A stretch of 63,162 bases of DNA, counting the filler, from Aplysia californica (Eukaryota), in assembly GCF_000002075.1 (NCBI RefSeq). It is 3 parts of 3 records of this genome, joined end to end, with 100 filler letters (N's around TTAATTAATTAA, not from the genome) between each part and the next. Parts side by side here need not be neighbours in the genome. Positions count along the whole stretch, not along the records: positions 1 to 27,255 come from NW_004797279.1; 2 more parts are not named here. One strand, written 5' to 3'. A program made the position numbers and the translations under genes. Positions 1 through 14,128 of this stretch are shown one piece after another. Every line of letters begins with the position of its first letter. The first letter of the stretch is position 1. Under the pieces are notes generated by a model, which made no database searches, was not told the origin of the DNA, and worked only from the letters and a program-made list of their open reading frames with translations.

Positions 1-477
1 GATTGCGGTAGCCTCCTTACTAGTTTTTTACAAAGCTCCAAGGAACCTAAAAATACACAACAATGCACATAAATTAATTCTGTGCATATATTCTAGAATC
101 TATGACATTTTATAACTTTTTCAAAGTCTCAGTCAAAGTCAAACACTCAGACCAGAGTACAATGTATAGATGTAGAATCTAGATCTAACGTTACAATTAC
201 AAACTCTCACAAAAAAGTACTACACAATATCTTGCTTCTGTGTTGTCGTAAATTGATATTGTTTTTGGTTGTAAGTTTAACATTTTTCATGAATATTTTC
301 CAATTATTTCTTTTGACTCCGTTGACTTAAAAATTCCTTTGACTGATTTTAGCTGAAAAGTTTGCATTATATTTATGCTAACTGGTTGCTTTGGGAATGT
401 TGAAATAATTCATAGGCCTATATAATGGTTCTTGTCTTGCTGTTTAAGATAATAGATGAATATTTTCTTCTTTGCAG

Positions 478-3400
478 ATGACAGTGACAAAGGTGACGGA
501 AGGAGGCGCCGGCGCGATCTCAAGCTTTATTATGGGATAGAAAATGGTGAAGCTCCAGTTGAAAATGAGCAAGTTAGCCAAACAAGCGCTCAGTCCACAG
601 ACCCATGCAACCTTGATGGGGGAAGCTTCCAGCCTCAAACTTATTTGTCCAAGCTCATTCAAGTAAAGCTATAGCTGTTGTCTTTTCATTCCTTGTAATC
701 TTGTAAAAACTTTATGTGTTTTGAATACACACAAATTTTGAATGTGTTTCTCACTCTTTGATTAATGTATGTGCCTTTTTTTAAAGTATTGATTGAAAAA
801 AAAATTATAAAGTGCTTTGATTGTGGATGAAGTAAACATAGAAACTTCAAATTGTAAAATATACTTTGAATTATACAATTTTTTTTCTGCCTAATATTTG
901 TTTTCCAAACTTGATTAGTCTTTCTCTACCTCTCTTCTCTCTCTCTCTCTCTCAATTTTTTGTCTCTCACACTCTATCTTGATTAAATTTCACAAGCGAA
1001 TTTTAATTTTATATATATATATATATATATATTATGAAATTTTGCCACAATTTGGTGCCAGAAAAAATAACTTCTAAAAAGAAGTGTCGATTACATTCAA
1101 ATGAATGGGCAAAAGTTTGTATGCTTGCTTCATTTTTACCTTCTCTCTATGGCTCTTTCCCAGGAGCGTTCTCTGACAGAGTTGATGGATGAAGAGCAAA
1201 AGATGGTTCGTGACATCAAAGGCCTGGACAGTGATATGCAAACTCTGGTCTATGAGAACTACAATAAGTTCATCAGCGCCACTGACACCATCAGGAAGGT
1301 AAGAATCATGTCATTATGATTATGTTTATTACGTATATTAGTGCCTTTTAATTAATAAGATTTTTTTTGTTTGATGCATAAATTTTTAAATTTTTTTTTC
1401 GACTTTTAAATTCTGTGGTTTTGCTAACATGGTTTGACCCTGGTTTGGAAACAGGAGGCTGCTCTGTGGCCACTGTAGTGGGGAATTTATTTGCATGACT
1501 TTATTGATTTATCTTTTTCTTTTGTGTAAGTGCTTGGATTTTATTTTTATTTTTATATATGTACTTTTCTTTTCTGTTTCTCTCTTTCTTTTACTGAATA
1601 AGAAATTAGCTTTTAGGAACAATTTCGGATAAGTTGTTTTGAGGTTCTTAGTTTTGATGTCCAGTAAACACTGAAGTGAATACAAGCATTTCAAAGATAT
1701 AGTATTAATATGGCTGGTGTATATGGTGTAGCTATTAGGTACTTTGCCATCTCATGGAGATTCCTGTGTTGGGTGAATTTTTATCAAGTATTTTGATCTT
1801 TCTGATCTGTTATTTAACCTTCAATTTGGGTTAGCCTTAACAGGCCAGGGTTGAAACTGGCCTCCTGAAGGATCTAAATTGTGTCGCAGGGGGCGTAAAT
1901 CAGATACAATTTTTAAAAAGTACTTGTACAAAACAAATTTGTAAATTAACCTTGTTTAAAGGTCTTAGTGATCAGAAGTAGAAGCCGTTACTGCTACAAA
2001 ATTGTTTTTATCTGTGGTAATTACATACCGTTATTCTTTTCTTTTTTTTTTTTTCAGATGAAAAATGACTTCAGGAAAATGGAGGATGAGATGGATCATT
2101 TAGCCAGCAATATGTCCGCCATCACCGACTTTTCTGCCAGCATCAGCAATACTCTTCAAGACCGTCGACAGCAAATCACAAAGTTGGCTGGAGTGCATTC
2201 TCTCCTGAAGAAGCTTCAATTTTTATTTGAACTGCCTGCTCGCTTGAACAAGTGCATTGATATGGAAGCTTATGTTCAGGCTGTGAGGTAAAGTACCCTG
2301 TTGTTTTGAACCATGAATTTCGGCTTCACTGATTATTATTAATTTTCTTGGGATCAATAGAGTTTTTTTCGGGTTTCTTTTCCCACTCCTCATATGCTAA
2401 TTCTGATACAATGTAATATTGGCATAAGGGGGAGCTGTAGAATTATTTTTTTCTACGTCTCTCAAGCAAAGCATATGCATACCTGCCAACCCTACAGAAA
2501 AAATCGGTATATTACCGACTTTTTGGTCGAACTGCCGATCCACCGATTTTGGGATATAAGCTACCGACAAACTAGATCAGGGACCCAACAGGCGAGTTGC
2601 CGGCATGCAAGAGGCACGTGATCGCTAGGGGGCACGTGATTGACTGCCTAAAACCAGAGGGTTTCACAGTAATACAATGTTTAAAAACTGCTAAAACTAA
2701 ACAGGTTACCAATGACGTCATTGCGGGTTTTCCCGATACTGCTTTGCTAAGGTGTAGAGGGGTGATCGGCCACAGTTCAAGAAACGTCCCGCTTTTTGGC
2801 AATATTTTCCTATATATGAAAGTCCCCTAAAATTTTGAAACAACAAATCCCAATAACTTTTCTATTTATGAATGGATTTTTAAAATTTAGAAACCACAGT
2901 TCTTAGAATTTACTCTTCTTCCATTTAAGCTGGAAAAAAAATTATAATTTTTCATTGTCATTGGTAATATTTATTTTTTGTTCTTTGTCATTTTCCCATT
3001 TTTTAAAAAGTCGCAAACACACTCATGTATATATGGGTCAAAACATTGATAAGGGTCCCCAATTAAGTATGCAGCAAGTGGTAATATAGCCTACTACAGA
3101 TTTTTTTGACAAAAATTTGTGTCAACTACAGATTTTGGTCCAGGCAATGTTGGCAGGTATGCATATGACATTCACAAACATACGAATGCACAGCTACACA
3201 CCCTTTCTTGCACACATATATACCCACTCTCTGTCATACGTAGACAAACACATGCACAATATTTTGACTGTATTAAAAACGTATATTATATCGGGCAGTC
3301 AGAATAATAAATACCCTTGGTTCTTTTTGTGTTTTTTTTTTACTGAATGCTGTGAAAATATTATTATGAAACTTTTCAGCTGTTTGTGTAAGAGGGATGA

Positions 3401-5948
3401 GGACACAACATTCTAATAGCTTTTCTGAGGTACAAGAGTCCCGACAAGTTGAAGTAAGAATTGTTGATTTAAAGTAAGGAAATGGAAAAGAATTTGGAAT
3501 TTAAAAAAGAAAAAGGAAGATTTAAAAAAAGAATCGAAATGAAAAACAGAACAAAAACAACCCCCTCCCCAAAAACAAAACAACTTGTTCAGAAACTTAT
3601 TTTTGGAGATGATAATTGCATAGTTGCCTTGCATGTCTCTTTTTGACAGATACTACACAAAAGCGCAGCGAGTGCTTCATCAGTATGAACACATGCCTAG
3701 TTTTCAAGGGATTCACACTGACTGTGAGGCCATCATCAAACAGCTGCGTGCTAAACTGATGGAGCGCTTTCGTCAGAAAGAGGTATCAATCAAATGCAGA
3801 GCAGTCTTGTTTGAAAGCTTAGATATAGGGAAAGTTCTTTATGTCATATGTTTATTGTGTTGTTTATTACCTCATGTGTTTGTTTTGGTATTTGTTATCG
3901 TGTTATGTTATAAGTTGATATTTCTTGTATCATGTCTACAGAATGATGTTTATTATGTCATATGATATTTTGATACTTATTTTGTCCCATCATGAGGATG
4001 ATAATGATAAAGTAATGTATTTTTCTATTTCTGTACCTTGTACACTAACACTAATACCCTGTTATTTGTCATACATTGATAGATTGATGGACAAAAATAG
4101 GTAAAAAATAGGTAGTGTGTTGGTTGAAAGAAACTTTGATTCAGTTCTCTTTGAATGTTCACTTTGACTTGGTTGGGGAAAAGAAAATTGTGATTGGTGA
4201 GACAAGTTCCTTAACATAAATTTTAATTCAGCAACTGCTGGGTTTATGACCTTCAACTTAATCCAGTTTTCCAGTAAATTTGTGTCTTTTTAAATTGCTT
4301 TCTGTTGGTGTGTAAGGAGTTATTGTTAATGTTGAGTGCAAGTAAATTGTTGTTGCTGAGTCTTGTCATTCTTTCACATTGGGGCAATGGAAGTGGGCAA
4401 TATATGCGTGTTTTGCTTCTTTTCCAGTCGACAGCGAAACAGCTGACGGAATGTGTAGACTTGCTGTTACAACTTGGAGAACCCGCAGAGTCTCTGTGTG
4501 ACGAATATCTCTCACAGTAAGTCGTGGAGATGCGTGATGAATGGGATGTCTCTTCCTGTCTGTGTTGTGGGTGATGAATATCTCTTGCAGTGTGTGTATC
4601 TACATCTGGGTAATGAATGTCTCTCACAGTTTATTTTAAGCGTATAGCAAATATCTCATACTGTGTGTTGATGTGTGATGAATGTCTCTTACATTAGGTG
4701 TACATGTATTAACAAAATCTCTCACTGTGTGATGAACGTCTTTTACAGTAAGTGCAGATATATGTGATGAATTTCTCTTACTGCAATTGCTCATTATCTT
4801 GATACTTGCACACGTTCCCTTCAGTGATTTTTTGGTATGGTAAGTGCTATTTGTGAAAGAGAAATGTGTATTATATATGTTGAAGTTTCTTTTACATATA
4901 TGTTTTTGATGGAGTTCTCTCAAGATAATAAAATCTGTCATATTATGTCGATTGGATGCTGTTTTATATTGTTTCTTAATTACCACTCACAGCTTTTTAC
5001 ATTGTGGAACAGGGAAAAAACCACAAAAACAAACAAAAACCCAGCTCTTTTTACCTAGATCAAAAGAAGTCTACTTTTGTAAATCAGTTCATGCACTTCT
5101 ATTTGTCAAACTGGTTTCTCAGTGGTGAGGATGCTAATCTTTTTTTATTTCACTTTCTTTGTTTGAAGTGCCAAGCACAAATTGGATGAAGATCTGGAGG
5201 GACTGGAGAAACAAATCAAGTTATACTCAGGAGAGGTAAAACCAGCCCAGGAGGAGAGGCCAGCCCAGGCTTTTATGAGTGCCGGAATGGTACGTGGACA
5301 CCTCTGTCTGTTTTGTTTGCTCTCCAGAGTGCCACATGTGTTGTTGCTGTAGGTCAGGGTTGGGTGAAGAAGCACGTAACATTTTGTATGGCACTACGTT
5401 TTCTACATAATGCATCCAAAAACATTTTTATTCCCTGATAATGAAATAAAAAATGATATGAATTTAATTTATTGAGCTGTTCAAGTGGGTAATATATGGG
5501 CTAGGAAAATGAGTTTTCATCTTTTGCAAACTGTAGTCAAATAGTGTCTGTTTATATACAGTTAATGTTTCTGTTGTCTATGAAATGACAATAGAAACTG
5601 TTCATTTATGCTGTTTGGTGTCACAGGAGCTTGAAAGCGAAGGAGAAAGTCGATTTGATCGAAATCTTTGTCTTTCAGGATGTCTTGGAGTTTGTAGACT
5701 CCGGCTGCAATGGATTTCTCAGCAACATTTGCTTGGTGATTGCGTCCTACAATGACATGTTCCTGAACAGAATGCAGACTGAGTAAGCCCCTGACTATCT
5801 GTCTGTCTGTCTGTTTGTCGGTTCGCCTGCCTGTCTGCCCACCCGCCTGTCTGTCTGTCTCTGTGTCTGTCTGTCTCTCTGTCTGTCTTCCTCTCCCTCC
5901 GCTCCCCCCCCTCTCTCTCCTACCCTCCCAATCTCTCTCCCTCTCTCT

Positions 5949-5997
<49 letters not shown>

Positions 5998-8900
5998 AGT
6001 CCCTGTTTCTTTGCATCACTTGTCCAATGAGACATTATATGAGTCTTGCAATGGTTGAAAAGTTTATTCATTTTTTAATTACTTTTCTCCACTTTTAGTG
6101 AAGCCCTTGACACCATAGCCCTGAGAAAGCTGGTGCTGTTTGTCAATGAGCTTATGGAGCGGTACTTCTCGTTTGTCCGGCAAAGAGTTCAGCTTGAGGT
6201 AACTGGTCACATGTTTCAGCCGTCAAGAGTTCTGTGTTTCACTTTGTACAACAAAATATTTGCAGAGTCATCTTAAAGGTTTTTGTTTGATTCATTATTG
6301 TGCTTAAAGTATATATATATTTTTCAAATCATTTTGGTATTTGTTGAGCTAAAGAAGAGCAGGTTGGTATCGTGAAGGTGAGAGAAACTGTAGTTTTTTC
6401 AGCACTTGGGGGCTGGGTTGGAAATAGGGGCTGGCCAGTGCATATTTGTGCAAACTTGACCGCTGTTTTATTCTTTCGTCTATTGTAGTGAACAGGACAT
6501 TTTTGTGACTGCATAGTTTCTGGAGGTATATAAATATTATATGTATTGCAGCCTGGTGGAATCAGGTGCTTGTCAAAATAATGAAATCTAAGAAACTAAC
6601 ATTTTTCCATTCGTTTGGCAATTTTTATCAAATTTGTTACTTTTGGCTCAACACCTTTTATATCAATTTAAAAAACATTCCTGCATGCATTTTACTGAAA
6701 AACGTTGGTGAAAGGCACAAAAAATGTAAATTAGCACTTTTTAAGGACCCTCATACTTTGGAAATTTTCCAACTTTGGTGACCATTTTCTGGCTAGTTTT
6801 TCCTCTGACACAAGGCGACCCCACCTCCTTCAATTGCAAATATCTCGACTTCTTTTCATGATGGATGGATTTTATTTTCATGAAAAGCAAGGCAAATGAA
6901 CAGGCTTTAAGCTATACAAATAAATAACTCTATTTGACGAAGGCTTGATTCCTTTGCATCATGACACATTTGTATTAATTAAAGCAGGCTCTACTTCATT
7001 TTTACATATAATAATGTTTGTATTGCAATGGTCTGATTTTAGTGAGTTTAACAAAGTGGTGGATTTTTTTCACTTTACTGTGTCATCTATGTCGCTGCAG
7101 GTGATGTATCTCCAGGGTCCTCACCAGGTCGGGAAATCGGGAAAAAGTTTTGAATTTTGTGATGTGTCGGAAAGTCGGGGGAAAAGTCAGGAAAGGATAG
7201 GGCCTGTATAATAGTAGTAGTGTAGCTATCTCGACAGTATGGTTGATGAATCATAAAGAGGAAACATAATTGAACCGCTATGGCGACTGGTGGAAGCATA
7301 TGTGTGTCACCGAGGCTTGATCGGGAAGAATCAAGATCTACTTTCGCTTTCGTTACCACCCAGAAATTTTTCAGTAATAGTCTGATAGATAATGCAACAT
7401 TTGTAACATGCAGGTTGTGCATTACAAACGCTGTTTCGCCATGAAAATAAATCAATATTTGTCTTAAGAAAGTTATACAAGTGTTTTGTCAGGCTCGCCA
7501 TTGTGACCGGTCAGTGAACCTGCGCGTTCGCATCACATGATAAGGCATCGTGTGAGCACCGACGGTCTGAGCGCTGTGAAGTATAGGGCTCCCGCGTTGG
7601 TGCAGACCTTGTGTGGAATTGGGATCCGTCATGCCTTGTTATTGAACTAAAGTGTTCGCGTTTCATTGGATTGGGTGATAATAATTTACATATATATTTT
7701 CGCTTTGTGTTCGAGATTGGCAGATTTTCAGTGTCACTGCATCTTGCCCTCCCTCAGTTCTTACACCTCTCACAGGGAATAGGTCTACTTGAGCCATTCA
7801 AGTTATTACTAATATTCTTCTTCTTTGAGTTTGAGCAATAGTTTTCATCTTCACATTTATTATATGAATCATGACACCCTGACTGATTATTGACAGTCGA
7901 TATTCTGGTTCTAGATCTTTTCTCAGGCTCAAAACAGGATTCATTTTTTATGTAGTTTATGTAGGCTAATGAGGGGAAAATATGAATAAGTAAGAACAGA
8001 CTGAAATACCTAAGTCACACAAGGTCCCAGTGTCACACTGACATGTTGTTGACTGGATATAATGTACCTACATGTGTGTGTGTGTGTGTGTATTCACAAA
8101 CATATACATATATTATATAAGATATAAATGGAGCACACGCTCTCATTGTTCTGTAACATGCCCCTGGAAAATGGATGAGCCCCCCCTCCTGGAAAATTGA
8201 GAAGCTGGGTTGGCAGTCGTCCAGTATTATAATCATCTATTATTTGAAGACTTTACTACAAAATATACATTTGCATTCATTTAAAGACATTTTGACTTTT
8301 TATCATTGATACATTGGCTTTTTTGGGATCATTCTTGACACACAGCGGCCTTATTTTTCCCTCGAATTGGGGTCTTGAAAAAAATTTCCAGGATTTGGTG
8401 AGGACCCTGTATCTATTCACCTCAGAACTATTTGTCCGAAGTGTACTTAAGTAAAGAGGCACTTTGGACAAAATAGTTCTGAGACGACGATATATACTGC
8501 AACATCTTTTGAGGTCAAACTTCAGTTAGCATTGTTTTTCAGCCATCTGTTCTCAGGTTGTAAAGTTGATCACTGTTGAGGTCATTTATCTCTTTAACAG
8601 GTAGCTTTGTTTATAGTTTATATTAACCTTTCTTTTTCTTTCTTTGTGTAATACAAGGTTGTCTGTTATCATTACATTAACACAGAAAGAGACTGGTGAC
8701 AACACTATTCTGGTGCGTGCCTTAGATCGATTTCACCGTCGACTGCAGGCAATGAACAAACTGCTTCCAGATACAGATTTTTCCAGGTATCCCTGCTTTG
8801 TAGATTTTACACTTGATCTGTCTTCTCAGCAGTGGTCTTATTTCAATATTTCATGAAACAAGCACGAATAATATATGTGTTTTTTTTCCAAATCATACAA

Positions 8901-11900
8901 TGAAGATATTCTTTTTGGTAGTTATTTGTTTTTCAGACTAAAGGTTACTTTTTAGAATCTAGGTTGATATGTTTGATTTGTCACATTTTAGTAGGGTTTT
9001 TACATTTTAAATTTGAGAAAAAATAAAAGTTTTTGTTTTCTTTTTCTGTTCCTGTTCGCTATGAAGGATTATTGGTCAATCAATTTTTTAAAATTTGGTC
9101 AAATATTCAGTAACTATTTCTTTTTTTGGTTTTTGTTGTTGTTGTTGTTTTACTGCTTTTACACTCTTGACTCTAAATGAGGAAAACCAAGCTATGTTGG
9201 TTTTTGACGGGGTTATGTAGTGCGTACCTATATTGGAGGCAGCACTAAAATTCTACAAGATATGCAGAAATTGACTAGGTGTGAAGGTATTTCTGTGTCT
9301 GTTTCTATTAATAATATACTGCATGCTGTGTTATTCCTCAGAGCTGGTACAGAAATCGTGTCACGAGGTGCAAAGGACAGAGTGGCCCACTATCTGCAAT
9401 CACTGAAGCAACATTTTGCTGGTAATGTACAATACTATCTGATTTCACCCGCTACCTCTATTGGTTTGCTCTGTCTTTTAGATTAAATTTTTAAGACCCG
9501 GTATGCCTTTGAAACAACATCCAAACTCATATGCTGAGGGCCTTTTAAATATGGTATCAAAAGTTTGGAAAGCAGATTTCTTTGGTTCTGTAATTTAAAA
9601 TTCTTAATGAGGACTTTCTCTGTTTGGTTTTCAGTCTTTATTTATTTACCATATTTATTGACTAGAGTTCTTGGCTGAAATGTCTTTTTCCGTGACATGT
9701 CTCTAGAATAATTTATCTTCATAAATGGTGGCCTTGGTAAACTAAGGTGGAAGATGCTTAGCATCTGTCAGAGATAGTGTAAAAACCATTGCTTGTTTGC
9801 TTTATGTGAAATTTATTATTTGTTTGTTACTGTCAATGTTCATATTAGGATTAAACTCCATGGGCCTAAGCACACACCTCAGTGTGCTCTGCTTTCACCC
9901 TTCTGCTCACTGAACACACACTCAGGTGTGTGTGGTGATTTAGGGTCTAGCTGTTGACGTTGAGGAGTTCTGGTGCAATGGTCGTGTTGGCTACAGGGAC
10001 AGGGCTGAAATAATTGAAATCAGAAATTGTCTTCTTTGTTAAATCATTATTGTTTTGATATAGGTGGAATTTAAACACCATCTTCTATTAATACTTTTGT
10101 GGGGTGAATTAATTAATAAATCTTAGACCCAAGCTCTACTCTTGATACCTTTTTATATCTTTTTTTCCTTCTCTTCAGATTGTTTAACAGACATAAGGCA
10201 AAACCTGGCAGCCCCGAGATTAGTTGGTAAGCAGGACAGCAATGCCAGATTGGCTGATCTGCTCAGCAACATGCAGAGCTCTGTTGTGGAACAAATCAAG
10301 TCTGTTCTAGGAAACTTGCAGGTATGGCCCTAAATTGATGAAAGTTCTTGGTCCATATCAAACGTTTTGCTGCTGAGCCTTGAAGTCAAGTGAAAGTCTA
10401 TAGAGCTATAGTGCTATTCACTTCAAATATGAAATTTTAAGTCAACACTAATAAATTGTTCTAACTTTTAAGGTAGGTCCTTGGCTCATGTCAACCATCA
10501 TATTTTGTAGTATTATATAGAAACATGTGATATAAAAATTTGTCTTAAATAAACATCCTTTCTTTTACAAGACTTATTTGTGACCGATGGCGAGCTGAAT
10601 AAATTTGGGGAATGATTTAAAAGTGTCGATCTATACTTGAAGCAGATTTAAATACTAATGATATGGTAAATAAGAGAATACTTACTTTCTTTTAAATGAT
10701 TTTGTGTTAGTTACCTAGTCCCCTCTAATCCCATTATCTGTTATTCCTTTTATTTTTTGTATTCTTTTTTCTTGGTTAGGGTTTACTTTTTTAGAGCCAC
10801 ATCTTCAGTGACATTGTGGCTTGTGTTAAATATCTGAGAGTTCTGCCACTCATCACTACCCTTGATGTAACCAGATTCATTTCAATAACATATTTGCTGC
10901 TTCACCATGCTATCAAAGTCAGAATTATAACTATAAATATTCCTCTTCATGTTGAAAAGTAAAATAGATCATGATTGCAGAAAATTAACTTGAATTCTAG
11001 AAAAAGTTAAAAGACTGAAAAGAAAAACTTTAAAGAAGTGATAAAAGCTTTCTTGAATAATCGCATAAAAGATGAGATGTATGGTTCCTTAGAGTCAAAG
11101 TGTGATCTATTTCTTCTTCCTCTGGATGTCCGTATTCTCTCATCTACTTCCTGTCAAGATGTGACAGTAATTGTACCAACTCACCGACCGTTTACTGCTA
11201 CTCACAGCAAAGTTGGGATGTGACCTATTTTAGGGTTAAAGCATGACATTTTAAGTGCTCATATTTTTTATCAGACTTCGGTCTTATTTTGGTTGATCTC
11301 TTGAGAATGTGTTGAGAATAAAGTTTTGTTTCTCTTTTTGCAGGCTTTTATTGCTCCCGACATCACTTTTGCCATGAAGCCTTATTTCCGAGGTCCGTTT
11401 TGCAGTCAGGATGTGCGTGAGGGTCTGGTGGTGGCGTTCGTCCGCCACGTTTGCACCATGTGCAATGTGAGTATATGGACAGGGTGGTCCGTTTCTTCAT
11501 TATGTGTACTGTTGATGGCCCAGTATCCTTTTCTTGCCTGCGGACTATGTCTATACCTTTGATGACAGTGGTATGTGCTGACTTGGACTGTTACAGGTTC
11601 TGATGTGATAGTATGATAGTGAATATAAAATGACCTACTGACACAGTTCAGATTTTCAAGGAGGCAAGCTGCTTGGAAACTGCTTGACAGGATTGACCTG
11701 GGCTGGTCAGCATGTCTCAGCAGAGAGACAGAGATCTACTTTGAAAAATATCTTCTCCAATTGGGCATAGAGTTAAAAAATGGATTGATTCCCTTTAGTT
11801 TGGCTGTTATGAGGGTCTTGTGCTAATTTAAGATGACCTTTTGTTATAACAGTCCTCAATGTTGACTGAGACTATGTGTGTACTGGTTCTTTGTGTTTGT

Positions 11901-14048
11901 TGACTGTATTGGCTGGTCCTTCACTGTGACTTATTTAAATTATTCACTGTCTTTTGATTGTGTTAGTTGATTGTACTAAAGAGCTAGAGCTGTGTTTACA
12001 CAGGAGTGGGCGCTATGCTATAGAAATTATCTTCATTATTATTATTATTATTACATTTGACAGTTACCCAGTGTTATTTGACTGTTTACTCTGTCTCGAG
12101 CTTGTATTTGTTCACTGTTCCCTTGAATTTGATTGTGTTTAGCGACTGTTACTGATCTCCTGTATTGAGTGTCACCATTATTAGTTGCTTTTCCTGCCTT
12201 GAATTTTAGCTTTTTGTTAGAGAGCTTTGTTTTTTTAACTTTTGAGGTACTGTGTGCTTCCCTTTTCAAATGACTCCTGTTGGTTTGGTTCACTCCCTTT
12301 TCCGAATGATCTTTTCTATAAATACCAAACATGGGCTGATCTTTTTTGCTTCTATTCAGTACTACTGTTGATGTTATCTGTTCTTAATTCTTACAACATG
12401 TGTCAGTTTTGTCACTGAATTTCCCACAATTTGATAACCACTTCTCTAATTGATAATGAAAAGGTTTGCATTTTTGTTAATCTGTTTATTATTTTTTTCT
12501 TCTTTTTTCTTTCATGTGCAGGATTTTTGTGAGGTTCCTGGAGACAAGACCACCAGTCCTCCTGCTCTACTCATGATTCTGTCACGATTCTGCATTGACT
12601 TGGAGAACGCCACCATTTCTTACTTGGTGTGTGATCACTAAAAGCCTATTCTTACGGCCTGTATCATTTGTTTTTCTCAAGATTAATTTTTTCAATGATT
12701 GTTTAGAAATTCAAAGTTTTGTTGGATTTGTTTTCCATATAAAAGATTTTGTTTCCTTCGATGTTTTTGAAGTTAATATAATGGTATTTGATATTTTGGA
12801 TATATTTTACTGTACTATGTTATCTTGTGTTTCTCTTTCGTTGATGTCCACCTTAATTCGAAAATTTTTTTTGGTGTTAATGTAGATTATCACAAGAAGA
12901 AGTAGGATTTAAAAAATGGAATAAATATTCAACTACAGTTAAGATCAGACAACGAGGTGTACATAGAGAGAAGCAATCAAAACTGTATTATTCAGCCTGT
13001 AAGCTCGAAACTAACATCGTACTGGTACTTAAGCTATATTCTATATGTTTCTGAAGAGGGGAATGAAGTGCAAAGAGGCTGCTCCAGAATGTATCAATGT
13101 CGCGTGTTGTAACAATGTCATCTGTGTGTTACAATGATTAATAATTAACAGTCATTTATCATAGTTTTGAGTAAGGGGAAAAAAGCTCAATTATTTCATG
13201 TTGATTTCTTTCTTGTACCATATAAGTTTAAGTCTATAGGTGCATTTACACTGTTTAATGATATGGGACAAGTTGTATTAAAAAGCATGCCACCGTAGGG
13301 GTTAGTTCAATTTTGGCTTTAGTTTGATTGAGGCCATTATCTTTGCACATTAATGTTATAAGTGGACTTCATAGCATTGAGTTACCTAGTTTCTTTTGTT
13401 ACAACAGCTTTTTTTTTTTTTTTAAACTTAACATTTTGTTGATAAATGATTTTTGTTGCCTCTCTGTTTGCATTGGGCACACCATTAACTCAACTGATAT
13501 GATAAAACTTTTACTAAAACTAAAGTAACTTAAAACCTGTATTACATCATGTTTCTATTGTCTATACAGGTAGGCTTCTCTACTTTTGTTTGTTCTACGT
13601 TTTCTGTTTCTTTAGCTGTCAGTGGCAGAAGAACAGTTCATGGTGGAAGACAAAGGGACAGTGACACCCACGGCGGAGTTGTGGGCCATGGCCAAAGACA
13701 CGGGTCAACGATTGCTCAACCACTACGTCCGCGTGCAGGGACTAACCATATCGCAGGTGAGATGAAATACATGTCTTGCCTCCAGTTGAAATGATTGTTA
13801 AGCTGTCAGGAATGGGATGTGCAAAATTTCAATGAAATATGTTATTCTGGTGCATGCCTTTTGTTTTTGGCCTACTTGTTTCAAAGCATGTCTGCTCCTT
13901 ACTTTCAAATAGTTCCCAACACGTTATATTTTATATTATCCTTGACACATTGTGGTTGGTTAAAGATGATTTGGTATGCACTTTTCTATGTTTCAACTGA
14001 TTTTTGACTGATTTCACACATAGGTATACACACATGCTCACACACATG

Positions 14049-14128
<80 letters not shown>

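Noticed and set aside
8787-9341. Possible U12-type intron in VPS51 (donor GTATCCCT)
   Set aside because: It deviates from GTATCCTT and has no TCCTTAAC branch box near the acceptor.
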